From positions 242,638 to 306,637 of the forward strand of contig MGFR01000001.1 in the NCBI GenBank assembly GCA_001791995.1: a DNA stretch of 64,000 nt, given 5' to 3'. The notes under the pieces were generated by a model. The model had not been told where the DNA came from and did no database searches. It worked only from the letters and a program-made list of their open reading frames with translations. This document shows, in pieces, positions 10,116-18,869 of this stretch. The first letter of the stretch is position 1. Every line of letters begins with the position of its first letter. The position numbers and the translations under genes were made by a program. Source of the stretch: Candidatus Woesebacteria bacterium RBG_13_46_13 (GTDB taxonomy: Bacteria > Patescibacteriota > Microgenomatia > UBA8517).

Positions 10116-11029
10116 TGAAGAAAGGTAACTTCCTCTTCCTGGTTATCCTGAGTTTTATCTTTATCGCCACCTCGGCGTTTGCGATTTCCGGTGGGAAAGA
10201 TATTAGTTTCGGCCAACCTTTAAAGTTTAACTCTCAGAAGTTTTATTCTCCCTTACCTGCCCTAATCGGTAAAGCCCCTTTTCCGATAGTCTCGGCCCAG
10301 GCGGCTCTGGCTATCGATTTGGATTCCGGGATAACTCTTTACGAGAAAGACCCGGACAAAACTCTTCTGCCTGCCTCAACCACCAAGATAGTTACCGCTC
10401 TCGTTGCCCTGGATACCTATCCGGACGATGCGGTTTTGGTAGTTGCCAATCCCAAAGTAGAAGGCCAGAAGATGGGGCTTATCAAAGGAGAAAAGATTAA
10501 AGTGGGGGATTTGCTTTACGGACTATTGGTATACTCCGCCAACGACGCGGCCGAGGTCTTGGCTCAGAATTACCCGGGAGGCAGGGATGCTTTCATCGAG
10601 GGCATGAACGCCAAGGTCCGACAGCTGCACCTGGAACATACCACTTTCAAAAACCCCACCGGACTTGATGGCAACGGGCATCTGACAACCGCCAAGGATT
10701 TAATCAGGGTTGCCTCGGTGGCAATGGAGAACCCGGAATTTGCGCAGATTGTGGGGACAAAGGACATATTGGTCAAAAGCCAGGACGGCAAAATTGCCCA
10801 CCGGTTGACCAACATCAATGAACTCTTGGGTAAGGTCGAGGGAGTCTTAGGGGTAAAGACCGGCTGGACGGAAAACGCCAGAGAGAATCTGGTCACCTAT
10901 ATCGTTCGGGGCAATAAAAGGGTGATGATTGCTCTCTTGGGAAGTCAGGACCGCTTTGGGGAAACCAAGGAGCTTATCGACTGGATTTTTTCCAACTACA
11001 CCTGGGAGCCGGTCAAGTACCCGGTTTAA
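10115..11029 (+). CDS. D-alanyl-D-alanine carboxypeptidase (peptidase S11)
   Basis: ASTTK (SxxK), SAN (SxN), KTG motifs; N-terminal signal/anchor. Confidence 0.93.
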   Translation: MKKGNFLFLVILSFIFIATSAFAISGGKDISFGQPLKFNSQKFYSPLPALIGKAPFPIVSAQAALAIDLDSGITLYEKDPDKTLLPASTTKIVTALVALDTYPDDAVLVVANPKVEGQKMGLIKGEKIKVGDLLYGLLVYSANDAAEVLAQNYPGGRDAFIEGMNAKVRQLHLEHTTFKNPTGLDGNGHLTTAKDLIRVASVAMENPEFAQIVGTKDILVKSQDGKIAHRLTNINELLGKVEGVLGVKTGWTENARENLVTYIVRGNKRVMIALLGSQDRFGETKELIDWIFSNYTWEPVKYPV

Positions 11030-11030
11030 A

Positions 11031-12077
11031 CTATTCTCCGTAGTAATCCGAACTCACCGCCGGCAGATATGCAAAAAAGCCGTTGTCTCCTTCAAAGACC
11101 ACTATCGGCTGGAAAAATTCCGTGTATACTCCCGGGTCGAAATAGGCCAGATAAACCCGCCTGATCTTGACGCTATCGCCTTCTTTGTTCTGGCCGATGG
11201 TGGCAATATACCCCCCGCCCGCATTGAATTCATCCCAGGCGGCCTGAGCCGTTTTAATCGGGTAAGTTGAGGAATTACTCTCATCCACGGAGAAATAGTG
11301 GAATTCCCCGGCAATCATTTGTTTTTCCCTTTCTCTGGCCCCGCTGACAATAAACCAGACATTGGCCTTGGTCGGGTCGGCGGTTAAGCTGGATAGATTG
11401 TCGTAGGTTTTTCTGAAAAAGTAGACTTTAATCAAATCCGACTCCGAAAGGGAAAGGGCCCCAACCAGTTTATCCTCCTGGATTTTCAAAAACTCCGGAC
11501 TGGTGGGTCCGGTTAAGTCCTCGGGCAAAAGATTGGCCGAGGAAAGGTAAGAGCGGACCAAGGAGGCGGCCACTTCTGGTGCCGGAGGCTTTCTTTCCAA
11601 CGGGGAAGGGTCGGTTTTTAAGTCGTAGCTGACAGAAAACACACCGGTCACGATATTCATTTCCAGGGTTGAGGGATTATCCTTGTGCGGGAAACGGTAA
11701 ACGGTTTGGGAGATCTCCTGTTCGCTCGGCAAAAAGCCCAAAGAATTGGCTTTTTCTCTGGCAACCTCCAGAGACAACAGATTGGGGGCAATTTTCGGCA
11801 TGAAAAATACTTTGGCCTGTGTGGGCAGAGTCGGCAGCCCCCCTTCGGGAGTCTCCAAAGAGTAGGTAAGGGCCACCTTCGGCTTTTCCTCAAAAGGCAG
11901 CTTGGGAAGTTTCCCGAAACTCACGGTTGGAGGCGGAGGCGGAGCCGGGAAGAACTTACGATAGACGCTACTGCCTATTCCCCAAAGAATTCTCAGAACT
12001 ACAAGAAAGATAACGAAGAAAATTCCGTAGCGGATAATCCTTCTGGTGGCTATGGCAATCTTGGTTAGAGAGGTCAT
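11031..12077 (-). CDS. Hypothetical membrane-anchored extracytoplasmic protein
   Basis: 348-aa ORF, N-terminal TM followed by poly-Pro linker; fills the gap between known genes. Confidence 0.8.
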   Translation of the reverse strand: MTSLTKIAIATRRIIRYGIFFVIFLVVLRILWGIGSSVYRKFFPAPPPPPTVSFGKLPKLPFEEKPKVALTYSLETPEGGLPTLPTQAKVFFMPKIAPNLLSLEVAREKANSLGFLPSEQEISQTVYRFPHKDNPSTLEMNIVTGVFSVSYDLKTDPSPLERKPPAPEVAASLVRSYLSSANLLPEDLTGPTSPEFLKIQEDKLVGALSLSESDLIKVYFFRKTYDNLSSLTADPTKANVWFIVSGAREREKQMIAGEFHYFSVDESNSSTYPIKTAQAAWDEFNAGGGYIATIGQNKEGDSVKIRRVYLAYFDPGVYTEFFQPIVVFEGDNGFFAYLPAVSSDYYGE

Positions 12078-12163
12078 GCACTTTGAGTATAGCTGTAAGG
12101 TGAAAGGCTATCAATTTTATTTTTTGAATGGCGAATATGGCCAAAAGATTGTAGAATTCAATC

Positions 12164-13468
12164 ATGATTCGAACCCGATTCGCTCCTTCTCCAACAGGTG
12201 CTTTACATATCGGCGGGCTAAGAACCGCTCTTTATTCCTTTGCCCTGGCCAAGCACGATAAAGGGGAGTTTATCTTAAGAATCGAAGACACCGATATTAA
12301 AAGAGAAGTAGAAGGCTCCAAGGAAAGAATTAAAGAAATTCTTAAGCTCTTCGGAATGGACTGGGACGGATATTTTGTCCAATCCGATAGAGCCAGAGAG
12401 GGAATATATAAGAAAGCGGCCGAGGCTCTAGTTGAGGCGGGGCACGCTTTCTATTGCGACTGCAAACCCAGAAACGCCAAAGAAGAAGGTTACTCCAAAG
12501 AATTAAGGGATCCCTGCCGGGATGCGAAAAAGAAAGAAGGGGCGATAAAACTAATGGTTCCGGACGGGGAGCATGTCGGCTTCCGCGATTTCGTGCTGGA
12601 TAAGGAAGTAACCTGGGAAACGTCTACCGTTGCCGATACTACCCTTTTAAAATCGGACGGCTTTCCCACCTACCACCTGGCCGTTGTGGTTGACGATCAC
12701 GATATGGATATTACCCACGTCTTAAGGGGACATGACTGGATGCCCTCAACTCCGGTGCACCTGCTTGTTTATAAATGTCTTGGCTACGAAAAGCCGGAGA
12801 TAGGGCATTTAACCGATATTTTGGATCCCGAAGGGGGAAAGCTTTCCAAGCGCAAGGGAAGCACGTCAGTGGATGGGCTATTAAAAGAAGGATATCTTCC
12901 CGAAGCTGTCTTAAATTTTATCATGCTTTTGGGTTGGGCTCCCAAGGACAACAGAGAACTTTTTAGTCTGGAGGAGTTTGTCAAAGCTTTTGACCACAAA
13001 GGTTTTCAGAAATCGAATCCGGTTTTCAATAAAGAGAAGCTTGATTGGTTTAACGGCGAGTATATCCGCCAAAAATCAGACCCAGAACTATTAGAGGCGT
13101 TTAAACCTTTTATTCCTGAAGGGGCAGATGCAGAGAAAGTAAAAAAAGTTATTCCTCTTATCAAGGACAGGATAAAAACACTTGCGGATTTTAAAACCAT
13201 GGCTGGTTTTCTTTTTGAGGTAAAAACTGTAGATCCGACACAGTTCGGTGAAAACCACAAAATCCATTTACAAAAGGCAGCCCAGGCGATCGCAGGAAGT
13301 AGCGATCTCATGAAAGTTGTTGAAGAAAATAAATTCAAAACCGGAGATTTCTTTATGGACTTAAGGATTGCAATTGCGGGAAGCAGAGTTACCCCTCCGA
13401 TTACCGATTCGATTGCGATATTGGGGAAAGAAGAAACGCTTGCTAGACTAAAAAAGTTTACCGATTAA
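12164..13468 (+). CDS. gltX: Glutamate--tRNA ligase
   Basis: RFAPSPTGALHIGG, LRIEDTD, PTYHLAVVVDD, KLSKR. Confidence 0.97.
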   Translation: MIRTRFAPSPTGALHIGGLRTALYSFALAKHDKGEFILRIEDTDIKREVEGSKERIKEILKLFGMDWDGYFVQSDRAREGIYKKAAEALVEAGHAFYCDCKPRNAKEEGYSKELRDPCRDAKKKEGAIKLMVPDGEHVGFRDFVLDKEVTWETSTVADTTLLKSDGFPTYHLAVVVDDHDMDITHVLRGHDWMPSTPVHLLVYKCLGYEKPEIGHLTDILDPEGGKLSKRKGSTSVDGLLKEGYLPEAVLNFIMLLGWAPKDNRELFSLEEFVKAFDHKGFQKSNPVFNKEKLDWFNGEYIRQKSDPELLEAFKPFIPEGADAEKVKKVIPLIKDRIKTLADFKTMAGFLFEVKTVDPTQFGENHKIHLQKAAQAIAGSSDLMKVVEENKFKTGDFFMDLRIAIAGSRVTPPITDSIAILGKEETLARLKKFTD

Positions 13469-13471
13469 AAC

Positions 13472-14440
13472 ATGGGAGGAAAACTGCCGACTCAAACATA
13501 CCAGGGGATTGCCCGTGATAAGGTTGATTTTGATTATCTCCGCAACCACCTGAAGGTCAAACACCTAGAGGCTAAAAACGCCTTCTCCAAAAAGTACCCG
13601 CATGTCGAGAAGTTCCTCAAAGAAAAAGGCCTAGACGTCGGCAAAATCAGAGAACACTCCGCAAAGATAATCGGAGCCGGAGCCTTAACGGGCACTCTTC
13701 TTCTGACCCCTCCGACGGGAACAAAATCCCTACCCCCTCCGCAGGAGGTGTTGGAGAAGGTCAGAGAAAAAGCCTCGGCCGCGGGTCTTCCGCAGAAGAT
13801 TTTGGTGGATAGCTTAGCCGCAGTGCTGCCGGAAAAAACCAGGCCTTTGGATAGAAGCGAGGAAAAATACTTGGAGAGGATATTTGAAGATATTTTGGGA
13901 ATAAAGGCAAAAGCCAATCTGGAAGGGGAACATTTAAATACAAGTTATGGATTGATAGGAGCAGAGCAGCATCTTAAAAGATATCCGGGAGATGTGATAG
14001 GGAACCACGCCCCATATCTAAAGGAAGGTATCGCCCCAGGGCTTGGGGCTTGGGGCTATTTTGCCCGCTCCAGGGCGGATATTTCTCCTTCTCTGGAAGA
14101 AACCGAAAAGTGGTATGCGGTTGTGCAGACCCTGTATCTGCCCGATTGGAGTAGCCGCCAGCCATATCTGCGGGATTGGTACAAATATCGCAAAGTTTTG
14201 ATTGTAAATACCGATAACGGCAATGCGGTTATTGCGGCCATCGCCGATTCCGGCCCGGCGGCCTGGACGGGGAAGCATTTCGGTGGCAGCCCGGAGGTGA
14301 TGGAATATTTGGGAGGTCCGCGTTACAAAAAAGGTCCGGTAGTTCTTTTCTTTGTCGATGACCCCCAGAATAAAGTTCCTTTGGGGCCGGTGGAATATAA
14401 TAAAGTAAACCTGCCGCAGTTGGCTTTGGTAGAAACCTAA
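13472..14440 (+). CDS. Hypothetical protein with possible C-terminal RlpA-like double-psi beta-barrel
   Basis: 322-aa ORF; KVLIVNTDNGNAVIAAIADSGP resembles RlpA VxVTNxxNGxSVxVxINDRGP. Confidence 0.6.
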   Translation: MGGKLPTQTYQGIARDKVDFDYLRNHLKVKHLEAKNAFSKKYPHVEKFLKEKGLDVGKIREHSAKIIGAGALTGTLLLTPPTGTKSLPPPQEVLEKVREKASAAGLPQKILVDSLAAVLPEKTRPLDRSEEKYLERIFEDILGIKAKANLEGEHLNTSYGLIGAEQHLKRYPGDVIGNHAPYLKEGIAPGLGAWGYFARSRADISPSLEETEKWYAVVQTLYLPDWSSRQPYLRDWYKYRKVLIVNTDNGNAVIAAIADSGPAAWTGKHFGGSPEVMEYLGGPRYKKGPVVLFFVDDPQNKVPLGPVEYNKVNLPQLALVET

Positions 14441-14442
14441 TA

Positions 14443-14772
14443 ATGAGCAAACTATTTTTCGATCAGCTTTTGGTTCTTGATGAGGTTGAGGGAGAAATCA
14501 AAAAAATCGCCAAAACCCGGGAAGAGAAAGAAGAGCTTTGGGGATTGGTTGATGAAATGGTTCACCACCGGGTTTTGGGCTGTGTTTTAGATAAGCTTCC
14601 CCGCGAAAACCACGAGGAGTTTTTGGAAAGGTTCCACGCCGCTCCCCAGGATGAATCCCTCTTGGACTACCTAAAGGAAAAAATCGGAGACAATATTGAT
14701 GAGCTGATAAGGCAGGAAATAGGAGATTTGGCTTTCGAACTTCTTGAGGATATCAGGGCCGAGAAGAAGTAA
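14443..14772 (+). CDS. Hypothetical acidic helical protein
   Basis: 109-aa ORF starting 2 nt after the previous stop. Confidence 0.75.
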   Translation: MSKLFFDQLLVLDEVEGEIKKIAKTREEKEELWGLVDEMVHHRVLGCVLDKLPRENHEEFLERFHAAPQDESLLDYLKEKIGDNIDELIRQEIGDLAFELLEDIRAEKK

Positions 14773-15307
14773 TTCTGACCACAATATCCCTCCGCGCCCT
14801 TCCTTTTTGGTCCGTGTCCAAGCCGTAGCCTTCGACCCAAAGATTAGGTATTTCAATACCGAGATAATCAACTGGGACTTTTACCTCTCTGGCATCGCTT
14901 TTGGAGAGCAGGGCGCAGGTTTTTAAAGACTTGGGCCCTCTGGCGTCTATCATGCGCAATAAGGTGTTGAGCGAATAGCCGGTATCCACGATATCCTCAA
15001 CCAGTATTACATTCTTGCCCCGAATGGGGGTTCTGACGTCAAGATTGATAATCGGTTCGCGGGAAGATTTGGTGCCGGAGCCATAACTGGAAAGACTTAT
15101 GTAGTCTATTTCCACATTCGGATTTCTTATTGCCCGTGCCAAATCAACCAGGAAGAAGGTTGCGCCTCTTAAAACCCCGACCAAAACCAGGGATTCTTCC
15201 CCTTCGTAGTCTGCGTCTATCTGTTGGGCCATCTCCGCAATGCGGGTGGATATCTGCTCGCTGGTTAATAAGGTTTCGTAGCGGACGTTTGAGGGTTTTT
15301 CTTTCAC
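14753..15307 (-). CDS. hpt: Hypoxanthine phosphoribosyltransferase
   Basis: LVGVLRGA, SSYGSGT, VILVEDIVDTGYSL, VEGYGLD. Confidence 0.95.
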   Translation of the reverse strand: MKEKPSNVRYETLLTSEQISTRIAEMAQQIDADYEGEESLVLVGVLRGATFFLVDLARAIRNPNVEIDYISLSSYGSGTKSSREPIINLDVRTPIRGKNVILVEDIVDTGYSLNTLLRMIDARGPKSLKTCALLSKSDAREVKVPVDYLGIEIPNLWVEGYGLDTDQKGRARRDIVVRITSSRP

Positions 15308-15344
15308 AAAAGAAGATATATCACAGAGCTGTATAATTGAAAAG

Positions 15345-15650
15345 ATGGATAAAAATTATGGAGGAGTAATCTGGACTAACCACGCCCTGGATAAGATGCG
15401 CCAGAGGGGTATGTCCCAATCGGATGCTTGGGCGACTTGGAGGAATCCCCAGCAGTCAAGAAAGGCAAATACACCTGGGGCCTGGGTTTACTATCGTACT
15501 TACGCAAACGAGAAAGTTGAAGTCGTCGCCAAGAAAAACGAAAAAGGGCAGTGGCTCATCCTTTCGGTCTGGAGTAGGCCGGTTTCTGGGGAAAAGCCTA
15601 AGAGCGAATCTTTCCTGAAGTTTTTCTTCCGCAAGCTCTTCCGTGGTTAA
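15345..15650 (+). CDS. DUF4258-like protein
   Basis: IWTNHALDKMRQRGMS N-terminal motif; TATAAT at 15332-15337, 7 nt upstream. Confidence 0.65.
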   Translation: MDKNYGGVIWTNHALDKMRQRGMSQSDAWATWRNPQQSRKANTPGAWVYYRTYANEKVEVVAKKNEKGQWLILSVWSRPVSGEKPKSESFLKFFFRKLFRG

Positions 15651-15784
15651 CCTTTTCGGTGCTTGAAAAACTCAACCTGTCTTAAGCGCTTGAGAGCTTC
15701 TGTCCGTGTTTTGTACGGCCCACCCAGATTTCTTCTGGTCTTTTCCGAAAGAACAAAATAGCCCGCCTTTTTCTTGACGATCAT
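15647..15784 (-). CDS. 45-aa basic small protein (below the ORF-track cutoff)
   Basis: ATG..TAA: MIVKKKAGYFVLSEKTRRNLGGPYKTRTEALKRLRQVEFFKHRKG; fills the gap exactly with a 4-nt stop overlap. Confidence 0.7.
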   Translation of the reverse strand: MIVKKKAGYFVLSEKTRRNLGGPYKTRTEALKRLRQVEFFKHRKG

Positions 15785-15822
15785 GGTTTGATTTTAGCAA
15801 AAAAGGTGTAAGATATTTACTT

Positions 15823-16248
15823 ATGGCAAACAAGAAATACGTAACCCTTTTACTTTTAGCTTTCGGATTCTTCGTCTTCGGAGGGATTTTCTACTCAAAG
15901 TTTATAAAAGGGAATAATAGCCAAAATACGGTTAGCCCAACGCCTACCCAGCAAGTTCAGGGCGAAACAGCTAGCGTTAAAGAATTCACTGTAGACGGCA
16001 CCAACTTTGCCTTTAACCCCAGTGAGATCAGGGTCAAGAAGGGGGACACCGTCAGGATTATTTTCAAAGACGATGACGGTCAGCATAATCTGGTTATCGA
16101 CGGTTATAACGTTTCCACTGACCTTATCGGTCCGGGTAGCCAGGATACGATTGAATTTGTAGCCGATACGGTCGGGGAGTTTGAATACTACTGTTCGGTC
16201 GGAAGCCACAGGGAACTCGGAATGAGCGGAAAACTGGTAGTCGAATAG
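15823..16248 (+). CDS. Cupredoxin-domain membrane-anchored protein
   Basis: FAFNPSEIRVKKGDTVRI, HNL, FEYYCSVGSHRELGM (type 1 Cu ligands H/C/H/M). Confidence 0.9.
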   Translation: MANKKYVTLLLLAFGFFVFGGIFYSKFIKGNNSQNTVSPTPTQQVQGETASVKEFTVDGTNFAFNPSEIRVKKGDTVRIIFKDDDGQHNLVIDGYNVSTDLIGPGSQDTIEFVADTVGEFEYYCSVGSHRELGMSGKLVVE

Positions 16249-16254
16249 ACGAAG

Positions 16255-16446
16255 CTAAAGATTCAAAAGTCCGAGGACTCGGTAGATCAGAATAGCCGGC
16301 CAAACCAAAGCCTTCAGGATGCCCAAAAGCCCCTCCGAAAAGGTAGTTGCCTGTTGCAGAAAATAGACCAAGGCGCCGATTAAGCCCAGACCATAGACTG
16401 CCCCCGAGCTTGAGTTACATTTCATTTCTTTCCACTTTTTAATCAT
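16255..16446 (-). CDS. Small two-TM membrane protein
   Basis: SGAVYGLGLIGALVYFLQQATTFSEGLLGILKALVWPA; start codon uncertain (ATG at 16446 or 16425). Confidence 0.7.
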   Translation of the reverse strand: MIKKWKEMKCNSSSGAVYGLGLIGALVYFLQQATTFSEGLLGILKALVWPAILIYRVLGLLNL

Positions 16447-16450
16447 ATGA

Positions 16451-17212
16451 TTATTCCCCAACGACTGTGGTTCCACCTCCTTCTCCTCCAGAGGATGTAC
16501 CTGGAGCCGTACCAGGATTACCGCCTTCTATGGTTGTTCCGCCGCCCGAGTCACCCCCACCTTCAATTACTGTATTCTGAATGTCAGACCCACCACTTCC
16601 GCCGGCAGAGGTTCCGGGCGCAAACTGCATGGTGCCACCCTCGATAACCACTCCCGCTTCTCCTCCCGGTCCGGTTCCCGGTGCCCAGACATGCTCCACT
16701 TTCTGGAAGAATTCGGTTTGCCCCTCGGTTCCGTTAACCTCAACAATTCTTTCTGCCACCTGATTTACAACCTGTTCCTGAACTTCGATGACGTTTCCTT
16801 TCTCACCCTCGTCAATCTCATTCTTTATTTCCTCCATGGTCTTTTGTTGTTCTATCGTTCTTTCCGCAACCGACTCCAAAGTCTCCCCGTCATCGGTTTT
16901 CCCCAATAAGTTATTTTGTTTTTCTTTAATCTCAAGGTAATTCTGCAAAAGATCTTTCATCTTCTCGTTATTTCCCTCTTGAGCATAACCCTGGGCCAGA
17001 GACAGTCTTTTTTCGGCATGTTTTTCCAAGACCCCCACTTTTCTCTCCAGGCTGAAGGCGAAGAAATATTCAATTCCTTCCTGGATCTTCACTACAATCG
17101 AGTTCTCTGAAGTTAACGCCTGTTGTAAATCAATTGCTTTTGAAGATTTTGGGAGAAAAAGACCGAAGAAGAAGAAAACCAAAACCAGGAGCAATATTCT
17201 CTTAATACCCAT
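16451..17212 (-). CDS. Secreted protein, DUF5667-like helical domain plus Gly-rich repetitive tail
   Basis: Signal peptide; KIQEGIEYFFAFSLERK..HAEKRLSLA; tail with 3x APGT and 3x IEGG. Confidence 0.7.
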   Translation of the reverse strand: MGIKRILLLVLVFFFFGLFLPKSSKAIDLQQALTSENSIVVKIQEGIEYFFAFSLERKVGVLEKHAEKRLSLAQGYAQEGNNEKMKDLLQNYLEIKEKQNNLLGKTDDGETLESVAERTIEQQKTMEEIKNEIDEGEKGNVIEVQEQVVNQVAERIVEVNGTEGQTEFFQKVEHVWAPGTGPGGEAGVVIEGGTMQFAPGTSAGGSGGSDIQNTVIEGGGDSGGGTTIEGGNPGTAPGTSSGGEGGGTTVVGE

Positions 17213-17275
17213 CTAAGGTAATGATATATCAGCGATACTCAACAAATCAATAAATTACAATTGAGTTATACTTTC

Positions 17276-17300
17276 GGAGTGCCCGTTTGGCTGAGTATAC
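17276..17300. repeat. Degenerate copy of the tRNA-Gln 3' end plus flank (att-like, distal)
   Basis: GGAGTGCCC-GTTTGGCTG versus GGGGTGCCCTGTTTGGCTG at 21417-21435; TTGGCTGAGTATAC matches 18801-18814 at 13/14. Confidence 0.6.
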
Positions 17301-17344
17301 CTGCCCAAAAACATATTTTGTCGTAAAAGTAGTATAAATAAAGT

Positions 17345-17821
17345 ATGGGCATTAACTCCAAAATTGCCAAAGTCCCTTTTTTTGTTCTTTACCTGATACT
17401 TATAACCTTTACCTCATTTAATTGGGTTAGAGTTATCCTGTCCCAAAGTAGCTTTGAATCTTTTCGATCTCTACAACCATGGGATTATTATTTATCCAAT
17501 TTCTTTGCAACTAATTTCGGAATTTCCCAAAAACAATATTTCATTTTTGCTTTCCCCATAATCCTTCTGGGTCTGTATTTTATTCCCAAACTTGTCGGTA
17601 AATTAATGGGTCTGGACAAAAAAACCAACGTCAAAGGAGATAATCATGTTGCCATACTGCTGATTCTTCTTGTCGCACCTTCTACTTTGGGTTTACATAA
17701 ACTTTTTGCGGCAAACTGGAAAAGCTACCTCATGCCAGGAATCATTCTGATAGCTATATTTTCCATCTGGTCATGGTTAGATGAAAAAAAATACAAGACC
17801 AGAGAGAAAAATACCCTATAA
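17345..17821 (+). CDS. Hypothetical four-TM membrane protein
   Basis: 158 aa, four hydrophobic segments, AT-rich. Confidence 0.7.
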   Translation: MGINSKIAKVPFFVLYLILITFTSFNWVRVILSQSSFESFRSLQPWDYYLSNFFATNFGISQKQYFIFAFPIILLGLYFIPKLVGKLMGLDKKTNVKGDNHVAILLILLVAPSTLGLHKLFAANWKSYLMPGIILIAIFSIWSWLDEKKYKTREKNTL

Positions 17822-17827
17822 ATTGCT

Positions 17828-18502
17828 GTGGCAAATATAGACAATAAAGCAACAAAAGAAATTGGATTAAAGACGGTCTTTACCTTTATCCTAAACGGTT
17901 TATTTTCAGCCTTTTTTGTCACCTCCGGAGTCATAAATTTTAAGGAAAAGAAAATTATTGTCGGTCTTCTATATTTTGTATTGGCTGCTCTTGCCCTTTT
18001 ACCCCACAGATTTTTGAAGGTTACCCAGGCTTTAAAAATAGTTATTCTTATTATTCTTTTTGTCATACTGGCGGGAGTAGCTGCACAAGGTAATCCCATC
18101 GCGGAGCAGAAGTATGAATACTATAAAGTAGGGCAGGAATTTAACTTAAAATTCGGAGACAACACCTTCGCAACGACGGTCCGTAATGTTTCACAGGAAA
18201 CCAAGATAATAGCTCAAGGAAAAGAAGCAACCACATCTGGTCTTTTTCTTGTAGTTAAGGTGGATATTGTTAATCTTGGATCGGAATCGCTTGATTTTAT
18301 TACAGGAAAGGATCCTGAGTTAAAAGACAACCAGAAAAGAGTCTATGCTCTTTACGGGGCAGATATTCCCCAGGGAAAACTACAACCCAGCGTTGCCAAG
18401 AGAGTGTCGTATGTTTTTGAAATTCCCAAAGATTCAAAAGGATTAAGTTTTATTTTCAAAGACAAAACCGATATTGCCAAATCCGTAGATTTGGGGAGGT
18501 AA
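17828..18502 (+). CDS. Membrane protein with DUF4352-like C-terminal domain
   Basis: Three TMs then FLVVKVDIVNLG..LKDNQKRVY..LQPSVAKRVSYVFEIPKD. Confidence 0.7.
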   Translation: MANIDNKATKEIGLKTVFTFILNGLFSAFFVTSGVINFKEKKIIVGLLYFVLAALALLPHRFLKVTQALKIVILIILFVILAGVAAQGNPIAEQKYEYYKVGQEFNLKFGDNTFATTVRNVSQETKIIAQGKEATTSGLFLVVKVDIVNLGSESLDFITGKDPELKDNQKRVYALYGADIPQGKLQPSVAKRVSYVFEIPKDSKGLSFIFKDKTDIAKSVDLGR

Positions 18503-18513
18503 TTTTAGATCAA

Positions 18514-18801
18514 TCATTTCCCCCTTGGAGCCTTCTGATTGGAAAGGGTAGACTTGGAATTAACCAAGGCCTCCTTTTTTGCTTTAGTCCAACTTTTTAG
18601 TTGAATTTCCCTAGTCACAGCTTCTTTCCTAGTTTGGTACTTCTCGGAATAAACGAGGGCAAAAGATGAAAAATAGCGAAGATATTTAGCTGATTTTAAC
18701 GAACTTTTCCGGTGTTCTTTAAGCCTCTTTTCCAGATTGTTTGTTTGGCCGACATAAAGGGTATTTGAGGATGTGCGGAGGATATATATAAAGAAAGGCA
18801 T
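18514..18801 (-). CDS. GIY-YIG nuclease family protein
   Basis: FIYILR..LYVGQTNNLEKRLKEH..AVTREIQLKSW. Confidence 0.9.
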   Translation of the reverse strand: MPFFIYILRTSSNTLYVGQTNNLEKRLKEHRKSSLKSAKYLRYFSSFALVYSEKYQTRKEAVTREIQLKSWTKAKKEALVNSKSTLSNQKAPRGK

Positions 18802-18831
18802 TGGCTGAGCATACGGGTCTGGACCCTTATA
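18801..18831. repeat. att-like repeat copy
   Basis: TTGGCTGAGCATACGGGTCTGGACCCTTATA; 23/31 ungapped identity to 20118-20148. Confidence 0.6.
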
Positions 18832-18869
18832 GACCCATTAGTACTGTATCATTCTATTGACGTTTCTTG

